DNA of 63,738 nucleotides, counting the filler, from Reclinomonas americana ATCC 50394 (taxonomy: Eukaryota): NCBI GenBank assembly GCA_048213135.1. It is 8 parts of 5 records of this genome, joined end to end, with 100 filler letters (N's around TTAATTAATTAA, not from the genome) between each part and the next. Parts side by side here need not be neighbours in the genome. Positions count along the whole stretch, not along the records: positions 38,482 to 49,142 come from PS015223.1; positions 49,243 to 56,654 come from PS015224.1; 6 more parts are not named here. One strand, 5' to 3'. The number at the start of each line of letters is the position of its first letter. Positions within the stretch are counted from its first letter, which is position 1. Below the pieces are notes generated by a model. That model had not been told where the DNA came from. It saw only the letters and a list, made by a program, of their open reading frames with translations, and did not search any database. The translations under genes were made by a program, and so were the position numbers. Positions 38,523-51,223 of this stretch are shown here, piece by piece.

Positions 38523-40647
38523 TCACTTGGGGCCGCCAAAGTTGAAGCTGGCCGGACCGGTCTGGGTCATGCCAAAGCCGTAGTGCGTGCCCTCGGTCGC
38601 CGGTGCCACCTGGTCGTCGTCATTGACCTGCTCGAAGTACGTGTCGAGGATGGTGGTAGCCTGGGAGAGAAAAGGTGAGGCGACAGGGAATAATAAAAAT
38701 GTGAGGACATTGAATGGCCACACACACAAACCTTGTCGTAAATCTGTGAGTTACGATGCGTCTGCAGGTTGAAGATCTTCTGCAGACCCTTGGCCTCCTC
38801 AATGTGAATGGCGAACTGATTGGTGGAGTTGTTCTGCTGTGCCAGGATCTCGCCGGCGTTCAGAATGTTCTCCAGACCCTCCAGGGCGACCATCACCAGG
38901 CGAACGTCGGGTGCCTCGAGGAACTCGCACAGCGGACCAATGCAGCCCAACTGCACCAGATATCTGCGAAGAGGAGAGGGTGAGGAAAAAGGGGAGAGGG
39001 ACGAGACAACGAGGTGCTGCAGAGAGGCACGCAACTCAATCTGTTCAGGTGTGCCGCCCGTGGTGGCATTGCTAATGGCCCAGCACGCCTCCTTGCGAAT
39101 GGCAAAGTCGGCCGAGTACTGCAGCAGCTGAATCAGTGGCTGCATAATGTTGGCCTCAATGACGGCCTGAATCTGGTGCTCGTTGCCGGCGGTGATGTTG
39201 GACAGGGTCCAGCAGGCCTCCTTGCGAATGTTGCGCTTGGGGTGCGCCAGCAGCGACAGCAATGACGGCAGTGCCGAGCAGTTGATCACATGCTGCGTCT
39301 CCGAGTCGTCGCCCGTCACCACGTTGCCAATGGTGCGCAGCGCCGGCGTCTGCACCGACGGGTGGTTGTGCATCAGCAGCTGAACCAGGCGACGCACAAC
39401 GCCCGACTCGATAATGGCCGGCACACGCTCGCCCGGACCGTCCGACAGGTACGAAATGGCCCAGCAGGCGTCAATCAGGATGTCCTCGTCGGGTGTGTAC
39501 AGCAGCACCGACAGCGCCGGCAGGGCGTTGCGCACCCACTCCCACTCGGGTTGCGGGCGGCCGCGGCACAGGTTGGACAGGGCTGGAATTGGGGGGGAAG
39601 GGGTGAGAAGAAGGGCAAAGGTGAGGGAGGGGGAGGGGGAGGGGGAGGGAAGGAAAGAGAGGGGAGAGGGGAGGGGAGTGAGGGAGGTGTGGTAGGGGGA
39701 GAGAAGACGAAGAGACGGGAGAGAGAGAGAGAGAGGAGACAAGGGAAGAGGGAAGCGAGAAAAGGCAAGAAAGGAAATATGCAAATGAAACAGGCAAGAG
39801 AAAAAGGAAGAGGGGCGACAGAGACAAACAAAAAACGGAACACAACAGAAAGAGAGCACACAGAACAACGAAGACATCTTGCAACACATGCAACGACAAG
39901 AACGGACTGCTACAACACTCACCCCACGTGGCGTTGCGGATGAGGGTCGGCTCGTTTGTGGTGGTGAGGATGTCGCAAATCGGGTCCAGCGCACCCATGT
40001 GAAGTACCATGTTGCGGTTGTCCACCGAATCACCGGCCACGTTACCTGTGTAATGGGAAGTGAGCGACGACGATATTGATGATGAGGAAAACAGCACGAG
40101 GCGACTCACCAATGGCCCACACGCACTGCTCCTTCACATCGTTGGAGGGTGATCGGAGCAGGCGGATGAGGTGCGGCACGGCACCAGCAGCCACCACTTC
40201 CCGAGTGTGGATCGACTTGCCCGAGGCGATGTTGGTCAGGCTCCACGCACTGCACGAGGAAGCGGAGGAAATGAGGCAAGGGAGCAGGGGCGGAGAAGAG
40301 CAGCCAAGACAGAGAGACGCAACGCTTCAAACTGCAGCTTGAGGTTGCCATCGGCCTGCAGGAACTCGACAAACTTTGGCAGCACACCACACGCAATGAC
40401 CTCGTCAATCGGTGGCTCCTTCTCCAGCGACAGCAGGCGGCGGAACTCGGTCGTGGCGGCCACAGCGGCCTCCAGATCCGTGCCAAAGACGGCGTCACGC
40501 AGCTCACCAAGAGCGGCCATCTGAAGGGAGGAGAAAGAGATGAGTGAAGGGGAAGGCGGAGTGTGAGAGAGAGAGAGGGTTAGGCGATGACTTAAGTGCC
40601 GCCTAATGCAGTTCAGGTGACGACTAAGGCGACAACTTAGCCGTGCG

Positions 40648-40684
<37 letters not shown>

Positions 40685-41451
40685 TGTCGTACTAGTTACG
40701 ACGACAACGACGNNNNNNNNNNNNNNNNNNNNNNNNNNNNNNNNNNNNNNNNNNNNNNNNNNNNNNNNNNNNNNNNNNNNNNNNNNNNNNNNNNNNNNNN
40801 NNNNNNNNNNNNNNNNNNNNNNNNNNNNNNNNNNNNNNNNNNNNNNNNNNNNNNNNNNNNNNNNNNNNNNNNNNNNNNNNNNNNNNNNNNNNNNNNNNNN
40901 NNNNNNNNNNNNNNNNNNNNNNNNNNNNNNNNNNNNNNNNNNNNNNNNNNNNNNNNNNNNNNNNNNNNNNNNNNNNNNNNNNNNNNGACGAAACAAGCAG
41001 AGCAAAGCAAAGTAGTGAGTGAGTGAGAGATCACCCTTTGCACGTGACATGTTGTGGTCCAAACGACGCGTGCCCACTTGTGGCAATTCATCCAGGGAGA
41101 TGATTGTGGCACGCGTGTGTACGAAGAGGCAAGTTTCAACTGGCCACTCACTTGTGCACACACGCACACAAAGAGGAAGAGAGGAGAGACGGAGATGTGC
41201 CTAATTATAGTTGACATACTTTGATGTGGGCAAACCCCTCGCAAAAACAACACGCGCACACAGAGAGACAGAGTGCACGGAGGAAGTGACAGACAAGAGT
41301 GGTGGAGGGGAACAGAGAGAGTGGACGAGGAATGGCCGAGATGTTGACGTGGCACACACACACAGAGAAAGTGACAAAGACGCGTGCCCCTCTGGCATTC
41401 TACGCGACACACACAACAAACCTTCTTGCGATCCTTCAATGCGCTCGACAT
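38523..41451 (-). CDS. KPNA: Importin alpha (internal gap)
   Basis: [83 protein letters not shown]. Confidence 0.95.
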
Positions 41452-42073
41452 GGCGTGTTCTTGTTTCGTGATCTGTTGTGTTGAGAGAGAGATAAGGTGA
41501 AATGAGTCATCCGTTGGGAATTGGGGTAGCGTGCGAGAGATCAAGGGGTGTGTGTGATGGAGAGAGAGAGAGAGGACGCGGAAGGGAAGCGCGCGCGCTG
41601 AAGAGGGAATGGTGCGGTGGCGAGAGGAGGCAAACGAAAGAGAGAAAGATCGATGTCGACCGAGAGGGCAGAAAATGAACACGCACGCACACAAAGAGAA
41701 AGAGAGAAAGAGAGAGAGAGAGAGAGAGAGTGTGTGTGTGTGTGTGTGTGAGTGTGTGTGTACATGAGAGAGAGAGGGAGAGCAGTCGACAAGATGAGTA
41801 AGAGCAAGAGGCACGCGCACACTCAACAAGACTCTCACGATTGCTTCAACAGTGACAGAGAGAGATCGCCCAAACAAACAGAGAGACAAGGAAGAGCACA
41901 CAGACACACACAGAACGGGAGAGAGGAAGTGAAGGGCAGGGGGGGCAAACCTTGTCGCAGATAGAGAGGAAAAAGTTTTTGTTCGACAAGACCGTTAGTT
42001 GCGGGAAGGCCGTCAGTCGAGCCAAACAGACCGTGGAAACACACCCGCTGTTTTTTTTGCACACACACGCGCA

Positions 42074-42681
42074 ATGGCGAAGTTGCGTGCGCCTGCTCAT
42101 ATCGCACACGAAGGAAAAGAAAGAGAGAACAGCTGCATGCGTGTTCAAGTGTGGGGGTGTTTGTTTGTGTGTGTGTGTGATCGCGTCATCTCTCTCACCG
42201 CACTCTCTTGTTGTTGTCACGTCGCTCTGTGTGTGCGTGCGTGTGTGCAAGCGTGAGAGACAAAGAGAGAACACGCGCACAATTTGATGTGTGACATGAT
42301 ATGTTTGTGTTTGTTTGGCCCAACTGTCAACTTCTTGTATCACTGACTGCTCTTGCTGTCGCCTTTTCGTGTGTGTTTGGTTGTGTTTTCGTGTGTGTTT
42401 GCAGATACGGCGACGCAGAGTACTGGCAAGATCGGTACAGGAGGGACCCGGAACCCTTTGGTGAGTGCGAGTGTGTGTGTGCGCGGGAGACTGCAAGAAT
42501 AGAACACACTTGGAGTGAGAGAAGAAAGGGGAGGAGAAGAGAGAATAGGGGGCAAGGGAGAGGAAAGAGAGAGAAGAGGAGACAAGGGAGAGGTGGGCTA
42601 CTTGCAATTCCGTACTGTTGTAATCTGCGCGGACTTTTTGCTCTCTTCTCCATCGTTTGTGCTGTCTCCCTTGCTCTTCTC

Positions 42682-42731
<50 letters not shown>

Positions 42732-44011
42732 CGCTCTCGCTCTCGCTCTCTTTGCTGCACTCTTTGCCCCTCTTCATTCTCTCCGTTGTTCCTCCCATTC
42801 TTTCACTCCGCCTTCCATCCATTTCTTGTCCCCTTCTCTCTTTCGCTCACAAGTTCTTCTCCGCCTTTCCTTCCATTCTTCTTGTCTCTGTCTCTCCGCC
42901 TTGCTCTCTCTCTCTTTCCTGCTCTCTTTGCCCCTCTTCATTCTCTCCGTTGTTCCTCCCATTCTTGCACTCCGCCTTCCATCCATTTCTTGTCTCCTCC
43001 CCCCTCTTCACTCCCTCCCTTGCTCCTTCATCGGCACTCGTTTCTCTCACAAGTTCTTCGGCACTCGTTTCTCTCACAAGTTCTTGTTGCCCTTCCATCC
43101 TATCTTCCTTCGTCCTCTTTCCTATCCCCCTCACGTTCTCTTCGCCTTTCTCTCTTCTCTCTTTTTTCTGCTCTCTGTCCCCTCCGCATCTCTCCCTTGT
43201 TGCTCTCCCTCACCATCTCGTCTTTCAATCGATTCATCTGGCCTCCTCTGCCTCTCTCCCTCTGCTCTTCTCCCTTCATCCTCATGGTTTTCTCTCACTC
43301 CCTCCACTCTTCTCACTCTCCCTCTCCGCAGATTGGTACCAAAAGTGGAGCGCGCTGCGCGAGTACCTCCAACCGTACCTCAAGCCGGCGCACAAGGTAT
43401 TGTTTCTCCTCTCCCCTTCCCTTTCCCTTTCCCTTTCCCCTCACACTCATCCCATTTGTTGTCGCCAGATGTTGATGGTGGGCTGCGGCAACTCGCGCAT
43501 GACCGAGGACATGTACGACGACGGCTACAAGCGCATTCACAATGTGGACATTTCATCAGTGTGCATCCGGGCCATGCAAGAAAAGTACTCGAAGCGACCG
43601 GAGCTGACATGGGAGGTGCTCGACTGTACCGACATGTCGTCGATTGTGCACGAGGCCTACGATGTGGTGGTCGACAAGGGCACACTCGACGCTGTGCTGG
43701 TGCGTCTCTCCTCCCTCCCTGCCTTCCCTCCCTTTTTCGCCCTCACCTTCTGTGTCCTCTAGTGCGGCGAGAGCTCCAACTCCAAGTCAGAGCGCATGCT
43801 GGCGGAGATCACACGCGTGCTCAAGCCAGGCGGCGTGTTCATCATGATCACGTACGGGCAGCCGGATTCGCGCTTGCCGTACGTCGACAAGCCCGAGTAC
43901 GGGTGGACGGTGGAGAACTTCTCCGTGGCGAAGCCGTCGATTGGCACCGTGTTGCCGGAAGAGAAGGACTTCCCCAACATGCACTACATCTACGTGTGCT
44001 CGAAGAAGTGA
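42074..44011 (+). CDS. EEF1AKMT4: EEF1AKMT4/METTL13-N-like SAM-dependent methyltransferase
   Basis: MAKYGDAEYWQDRY...FDWY, LMVGCGNSRMTEDMYDDGY, NVDISS, DKGTLDAVL, RVLKPGGVFIMITYGQP. The first coding exon is 8 nt. Confidence 0.85.
42760..43084 (+). repeat. Intronic direct repeats: ~71 nt x2 (42760-42830, 42924-42994) and 27 nt tandem x2 (43031-43084)
   Basis: Direct comparison shows one mismatch in the long pair. Confidence 0.85.
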
Positions 44012-44153
44012 GAAAAGAGTGTGTGCGTGTGATTTTAAGGCTCTCCCGTTGCTCATCCAGAGTGAACACGAGCACACTGTTGTTGTGATGCAGTGGTGGT
44101 TTCACTTTCTCGCGCAAAACTAAAAGGGGGCGTATTGCTGACTCTGTCTCTCT

Positions 44154-46846
44154 CTATGGGCGGCGTACGCGGTGCAGCACGGGCGAGCCAGCCGGTGCCG
44201 GTCGGTAGTGCTCCCAGTCGAGCAGCAGCGGGTTCTTCAGCTTGCATGCCTGCGCAAAGTCGGCGGGGATCACGCGAGTGAGGGCCTTTTGGAAGGCAGC
44301 AAAGGTGCAGAGGGCCGAGTTGCCGCACGCCGGCAGTGGCAGGTCGCTGCCGCGGTACGTCACGTGCACGTAGAATTGCGAGTCTGTGGATGCACAGATT
44401 GAGAAGAAGGGCGGAGAAAGAGAGCATGGAAGCAAGGAGTGGAGGCAACACAAAGGGCGGAGTGGAAGATGAGAAAAGAAGGGCAAGATGCAGAATACTG
44501 CGAGGCAAAGTTTAGAGAGAACACCAATGAAAGAGCACGCAGTTCACAGCGGAGGCAAACAAGGTGGAGCACAAAGTGCAGAGTGCAAGCTTAAGAGAAA
44601 GCAACAAAAGCAGCATACATACAGGCAACAGGAGAGAGCACGAACGGCAGAGTGAAAGACGAGAAAGAAGAGCGCATGAGGAATAGAGGAGAGACACGCT
44701 GTACGCATCGGAGGCAATTGAGACAGAGCACGAAGAGAGGAGCGCAGGAAAGAAGCGTAAGCACAGGAGAAAGAGCGCGAATGGCGGAGTGGAAGAAGCA
44801 GACAGAATGCATTGAGGCAACGAGGAAAAGCAGAAAGCAGGAAGAGAAAAGTGGAAAATTAGAAAGAGCAACAGGCAGAATGCAGCGAAACAAGGAACAG
44901 AGAACACGAACAGCAAAAAGAGAAATGACTGAAACAACAAGAACTGGCACAACGAGCAGGGCAGAGCCGCTGAGATGCGACAAGCGGCATCCTCTCTCCC
45001 TCCCTTCCTCTTCCCTCTTCCTCACCAGCTGGGTCCTGCAACAGCTCCATGGTCACATCCGACGCGTACGGCGGCCAGATACCGTCGTACGCACCGAGAG
45101 CCACGAGCAGCGGGCCGACCGAAGTGTCGTGTCCCTGCAGGCGTAGTCGGTGAGTCACCGCAGTGTGACCACACGACCAACTGCTACTACTCTCCCCGTT
45201 CACTGCTCACCGAATACAGGCGGAACTTGAACTGCTTCGGATCGCCGCGCATGACGGCCTGCATGTTCTGCAGGAGCTCGGTGTAGAACGGCGACAGTGA
45301 GAAGGAGGTGGAGTTGAACTCGAGCATAGTGAACTCGTTGAAGGCCTTCTCCAGCGCGTTGTACATGTTCTGCGTCACGCCCGGTGGGTACGGCAGGTTG
45401 TGGCAGGTGCGGCACTTGAGGTTGTCGAACGCGATGATGCCCTGGCGAGGCGTTGACTGGGTCAGTAGCTACACACAGTGAGGGTAGTGGAGGAGAGTGG
45501 AGCGGGTGCCTACCTCGAACGGATCGTCTGCAGGTGGGGAACGCAGGGTGAGAAACTGCAAAGGGAGGCTAAGAATCGAGAAGAGGCACTCACCAGTCTG
45601 GAAGATCTTCATGATCTCGAAGGTGTACGGTGCAATCAACTCAAGCAGGCGGGTGCGCGCTGGCGAGCTGTGCAGGAACATTTCTGCGGGTGGTGGTGTC
45701 AGTAGAGGACTGAAGGAAGGCACGTTCTTCCCCACAAAGTCGAGAGGGGCACGGAACTACCTCACACTGAGCAGCAAGGTCATGCAAAACCGCAAGAATA
45801 ATTGAGGCACAACTCACCAGCAGGAACAGAGAGAAGCACGAGTATACATCAGAATGTTTGCAACATGTCACTCACGAGCCACAAGAGACCATACAAAAGC
45901 ACGCCCCCACACTGCTTCTCCGGCACACATGTCGCTCTTCGTCCTTCCCTCCCTCTTCCTCCCACCCACCAACATAGGCCTCGTAGACACGCGGGCACAC
46001 ATTCTGGTTAATGTGCATCGGCTGCAGGATCGCGAGTGAGCACCTATTCTCACACCACCCTCTCTCTCGCGCGCCACGCAACATCCACATCATCGTCGAC
46101 CAAGTGAATCGGAATGAGCGGAATGGCTCCACCGGCGGGGGTCGTCGGCGGATACATGCCCTGCAGGAAGCCCTGCGCGCTGGCCTGCGTACGCGGAATC
46201 GACGTGCTCCGCACATACACCTCACTCATCGACAGTGTCGGCGACAGGAATCCCGTCTGCACATACTGTCGCGCCATGCGCTGCCCGAGCGTCACGTGCT
46301 GCGAGTAGCCGAGACTGGTGAGCTGGCCCGTGCTGCAGTTCCCGTGCAAATGATCAATGCCCTCCAAGTACGCCAGACGGAAGAGACGATCGGGGTGCAG
46401 AGTGACTCCAGCTGCGCCCTGATCGTCCTCGGCCAGCACGCGCGATTCATCACAGAACCACTGCATATGATGGGGGTCAATATGATCACAAAGATGAATG
46501 ATGAATGATATGAATGATGTGAGTGCGCGCAACATCAACGGGATGGGCCTTGATGGGCATGGTGGGAGTGCGATCACCGTGTCGCACAACCACTGACATG
46601 CACGAGAGAGAGTGAGAGAGAGTGAGCATTATTGTGCGCCGTTCTCCGCACACAGTCTCTTGCTTTCTCTCTTTCTGTTTGGCACTCACCTTGCACCTGG
46701 CGCAGCTGCAGATTGGCAGTGTTCACTGGGGAGGCGCGCGTCTCCATGGCCTCCGAGTCATTGATTTGGACACGCGTGGCCGAGGTGGAGAGTGCCACCA
46801 GCAGCACGCACATTGCCACGAGGCACAGCAGGCGACGAGAGACCAT
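44154..46846 (-). CDS. Secreted/lysosomal histidine acid phosphatase
   Basis: Signal peptide MVSRRLLCLVAMCVLL, RHGDRTP, GQLTSLG, VRSTSIPRTQASA, LYSGHDTSV. Confidence 0.88.
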
Positions 46847-46929
46847 CTTGCTTTCTCTCTCTCTCACTCTCTTCTCTTCAAGCACAAGAGTCACAGGGCG
46901 ATTCGTACATTCTTCCGTCCTGTCATCTT

Positions 46930-48152
46930 TCATCGACGTCCACTGCTGCCACCTGCAATAGCGCGACCGGCGACTGATGGACGCGGACGACCCACACGCT
47001 GACGGAACTCCTCCTCGAACAGATCGGCCTCCTCTGCATGAGAGCGCGCTTCAGCCAGTGCACACCTTTTTTCCCATTTTGCAAGATACAAACCTTCGCG
47101 GACGTTCTCCATGCGATCAATCTGCTCCTGCTGGCCGGTGAGAGCGTCGCGTTTCACTTCACGCGTGACGCTCTTGTCGCCAATCGTGCGCTTGATGCGC
47201 ACCTGCTCGGTGCCCGTGCGGCCGTCGCGATACACTGTCTGCGTCTCGCTGGTGACGCCGCCGGGGCCACCGTGACTGACGGTGCGCGTGGAGCTGGAGA
47301 AGATGACGCGCGAGGTGGGTGTCGACGCCGCGTGCGGTGACACCATCTCGTCGTCAAAGGCTGCGCCTGACCTCCGTGAGCACATGTTGAGGCGCGACCA
47401 TAAAAGACGGTGCTCATCTGACAAACTCACCTCGGAAAGCATTGCCCATCATCGAGTCCATCATCGCATGCATGCTACCAAAGAGGCTACCACCGCCGCC
47501 ACCGCCGAGCAGTCCACCACCAAAGAAGCCGCCCGGCACCATCGGTCCCTGTCGGAACGGACCACCTGCACGTGCGACGATTCAATATCAAGCAAGATGA
47601 CCCCCTTCCACCGACCCCCACAAGAGAGCCGCACCTGCATCTGCTCCATGGTGATGATGCTGATGATGCCGGTGCTGATGACGATGCGAGTGGTGCTGCT
47701 GATCATACCCATCTGATCCAGAAGAAGAACAGAGTGTCAGTCGCACCAGACCGCGATCTTCCTCCTCACAAGCACAAACCCCGCTGGCTGCCATGTCTCT
47801 GCTGTTGCCGACCTTGATCATCCCGCGCTGCTGCTGCTGCTCCTGCATCGTCATCATCGTCGGGTTCCTCGACCACTGGTCGCGCGTGATGATGATGATG
47901 ATGCCGATGCTGCTGCTGCTGTGCGTGATGATGATGGTGGCGACGATCATCCTCCTCCTCCTCCTCCACCTCCTCTACCACAGGTCCACTGCGCGAGGAG
48001 GCATGTGCGCGATGTGCTGTGACGAGACAAGTCAGCAAAACAACAAATAAAGAGAGCTGTCAAATCAAGACAGCACCTCCTCCTCCTCCACTGAAGAACG
48101 GGTCATTGGCAAAGGGCGAGTTGAAGAATGGGTCGCGGAAGAAGCTGTCCAT
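46930..48152 (-). CDS. Myeloid leukemia factor (MLF)-like protein
   Basis: MDSFFRDPFF start, His/Gln runs, SSSTR..GPGGVTSETQTVYRDGRTGTEQVRIKRTIGDK...EEEADLFEEEF. Confidence 0.75.
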
Positions 48153-49056
48153 GATAACCTTGCAGCTGCTGCTGTGTAAGGTCGAGTGTGAGAGGAGTGA
48201 TGACGCAATCGATGTGCGTCAGTGTGACGTCACAGGCGCACAAGAGACAAGAGAATCTCTCGTGTATCGTGTGTGGCATGTGCGTGTGTGTAAGGTCATG
48301 AGTGTGTGTGAGAGTGTGTGTGTGTGAGACAGAGAGGTGCATCTTTTTCCGTTTTTTTCGTCAGTGTGCGACAACAAGTGAGTGTCGTGTTGAGTGTGCG
48401 TGTGTATAGAAGTGCAGGTGTGTCACGACAGAGTACAGATGAGCAGAGACGAAGAGGGAGAGGAGAAGAAGGAGAGGAGAAGGAGAGGAGAAGTGTGTTT
48501 GTGTTGTCAGCAAGAATAACAGTGTGCGTGTTTGTTGCGTGGAGCAGTGGCAGTGAAGAGACGAGCATGCTCTGTCTGTATGCGTGCATGCGCGATCATT
48601 CCCCAGACGCGCACCTTGCTCTTGCGCAGAAAGAGGTGTGGAAGTGATGTCCTGCACCAAACGTCGCATTCAGTCTTCATTACATGCTCACTGTCGCGCA
48701 AGTGTACAGCCTGTGCAACCGTCCACTACCAGCAGACGAGACGCACACTGCTCTCTGTTTCGCTCACGCACTCTCACACATTCTCCACTCCTTCCCACAC
48801 TAACTTCGCGCGTTCACACAGTGACTCTCACTCGTCGCCTGTTCCCTCCGGAGTTGCGCATGCACCGATCCTCCCCTTCTCTCACGCACACTCACTCACA
48901 CGCACACTCACACTCAAAAAAGATGGTCCGATCAGCACGGAAACGTCTCAAGCGCTGCATGTCTGTGCTTTGCGGAGCTGTGTGATCGCCTTCCTCGCGT
49001 CGTCGATCAGCTGGACGCCGAGTTGCGTTTGTATGCGCCTGTGAGAGAAGCTCTCC

Positions 49057-49059
<3 letters not shown>

Positions 49060-49142
<83 letters not shown>
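49060..49142. repeat. (CA)n microsatellite at contig end
   Basis: Perfect CA run abutting the gap. Confidence 0.98.
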
Positions 49143-49242
49143 NNNNNNNNNNNNNNNNNNNNNNNNNNNNNNNNNNNNNNNNNNNNTTAATTAATTAANN
49201 NNNNNNNNNNNNNNNNNNNNNNNNNNNNNNNNNNNNNNNNNN

Positions 49243-49927
49243 CCCTCTCTCTCATCCTCTCACACACACACGCGCGCACCCAATTCGTGTGCCCTTTGCA
49301 CGTGGCCATCGGCGTCTCCATGTTCAGATCCCACAGACGCACAGTCGTATCCCCGGAGCTCGACGCCAGCACCTGCGAGTCCGGCGAAAACGCCACACAC
49401 AGCACCGACTCGGTGTGCCCCGGGAGCGTGGCTGTACACCTGGTGACAGCACGCACTCGAAAGACCGCCTGCGGCTGAAACAGAACCTGCACGACGCTTT
49501 CGCCACTGGCGTCGGCACTGTGGGGCACAACTGCGCATGAGAAGGAGAGAGACTACGCCAAGATGCAAATGCAAGACAGTCGACGGAACCTGCTCGACTT
49601 TTGCAGGGCCTCCAACAGCTGCTTCTCCACCTCAACCTCTGCATCCTTGCCCACAAAGAACGAGTACGGAGTGTCCTCCTCGCTCGACAGCAGCGAATTG
49701 ACCAATTGTCGCAGCTGTGTCACATCCGTGTCGGCACGCAGCTGCAGTGGCGGGCCAGCCACATCGCCTGCGACAGCGCGTGGTCAGAGGCGCGTGGAGC
49801 CCCAAAAGTGGATGCGCAGAGAGAAGAGAGACGAACCTGTGTCACGACTGACCAGCTGCACAAGCAGCTGACGATCGGATGCCTCACTCGACACCACCTC
49901 CGGGACTGCACCAGATGAAGAGGCCAT
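49243..49927 (-). CDS. NLE1: Notchless/Rsa4 ribosome biogenesis WD40 protein, 5' fragment
   Basis: NLE domain QLRQLVNSLL..TPYSFFV, FQPQAVFRVRAVTRC, GHTESVLCVAFSPDSQVLASSSGDTTVRLWD. Confidence 0.92.
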
Positions 49928-50489
49928 GTCGTTCACTGGCGTGGTGTGTGCGTGTCAGTGGGCGCTCGTGCACATTCACATCAACAGACATGGCCAACAC
50001 CACAACACCAATGACAGCGATGACAGCGACGACAACAACGATGATGATGATGATGATGATGAAGGCGACAGAGACAGAGAGAGACATGATCGAGAGTGAT
50101 AGAGTGGAGGGTGTGGGGAGAGGGGAAAGAGGACGACGTGACAACACATGCACTCGCTGCTAAACGCACATACAAGTATGTGCACGTAGAGAGGCAGCAA
50201 ACCATGCACAGTCAACACACACCTTCTTCTCCGTCCACAAGAGATGAATCAAGCTCGACGTCGGTTGATTGTGAGGACTTGCGGGACAAGCTCATCTCCC
50301 AATCACAATAACAATGTCTGTGCGAGTGCGTCGCGAAGAGGCTGGCGCCGTCGATCGCTACGTGCGCGATGTCAACCAGCAGAGGGCAGTGGCACGCCGC
50401 GCGGCAGGCAAGCCGGTGCGATGAAGATTGCTATTTCGGCGCGCACACGCTCATCCTCTCACCTCACACTCACACAGGATCCACCCACC

Positions 50490-51223
50490 ATGTCAGAGCT
50501 GATCCCGCAAGAGGTGTCCGACGAGTACTTTGGCTTGCGCGAGAATTGTTGAGTTCTTGTCTCAGTCTCCAACTCTTACTCTCCTCTCCACTCTCCTCTC
50601 AACTCACCTCCCTCACCAACCCCCACACAGTGCCGGTGGATNNNNNNNNNNNNNNNNNNNNNNNNNNNNNNNNNNNNNNNNNNNNNNNNNNNNNNNNNNN
50701 NNNNNNNNNNNNNNNNNNNNNNNNNNNNNNNNNNNNNNNNNNNNNNNNNNNNNNNNNNNNNNNNNNNNNNNNNNNNNNNNNNNNNNNNNNNNNNNNNNNN
50801 NNNNNNNNNNNNNNNNNNNNNNNNNNNNNNNNNNNNNNNNNNNNNNNNNNNNNNNNNNNNNNNNNNNNNNNNNNNNNNNNNCGACGATCAGGCGGTGAAC
50901 TGCTGCGTCTCTTCACCACACCACACTCGATTGGTGGCGGTGGCGGTGGTGGCAGTCGACGATCATCCGCTGCCGCCGCCGCCGCCCCTGCCCCATCACG
51001 ACCATCAGCATCAGCAACAGCAGGAGCAGGAGCAGGAGGCAGTCGAGCAAGTGGCAGTGGGACAAGTGCGAGTAATCCGAGCGAGGCAGAACTGGAGGAA
51101 CAACTGGCGGATCCGTCGCTGTCGGCAGCCACACGGTGGGGACTGGAGAAGCAGCTAAAGGTGCTGCGTGCGGCGAATGCTCGTGCGCTCAGAAAGGCGC
51201 GCGAAGAAGGAGGCCGTGAGTGA
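50490..51223 (+). CDS. Uncharacterised protein interrupted by a gap
   Basis: MSELIPQEVSDEYFGLREN exon and terminal exon ...EAELEEQLADPSLSAATRWGLEKQLKVLR...GRE*; linkage assumed. Confidence 0.4.

Noticed and set aside
42301-44088. 595-aa Leu/Ser-rich ORF
   Set aside because: Read-through of CT-rich introns of the methyltransferase gene.
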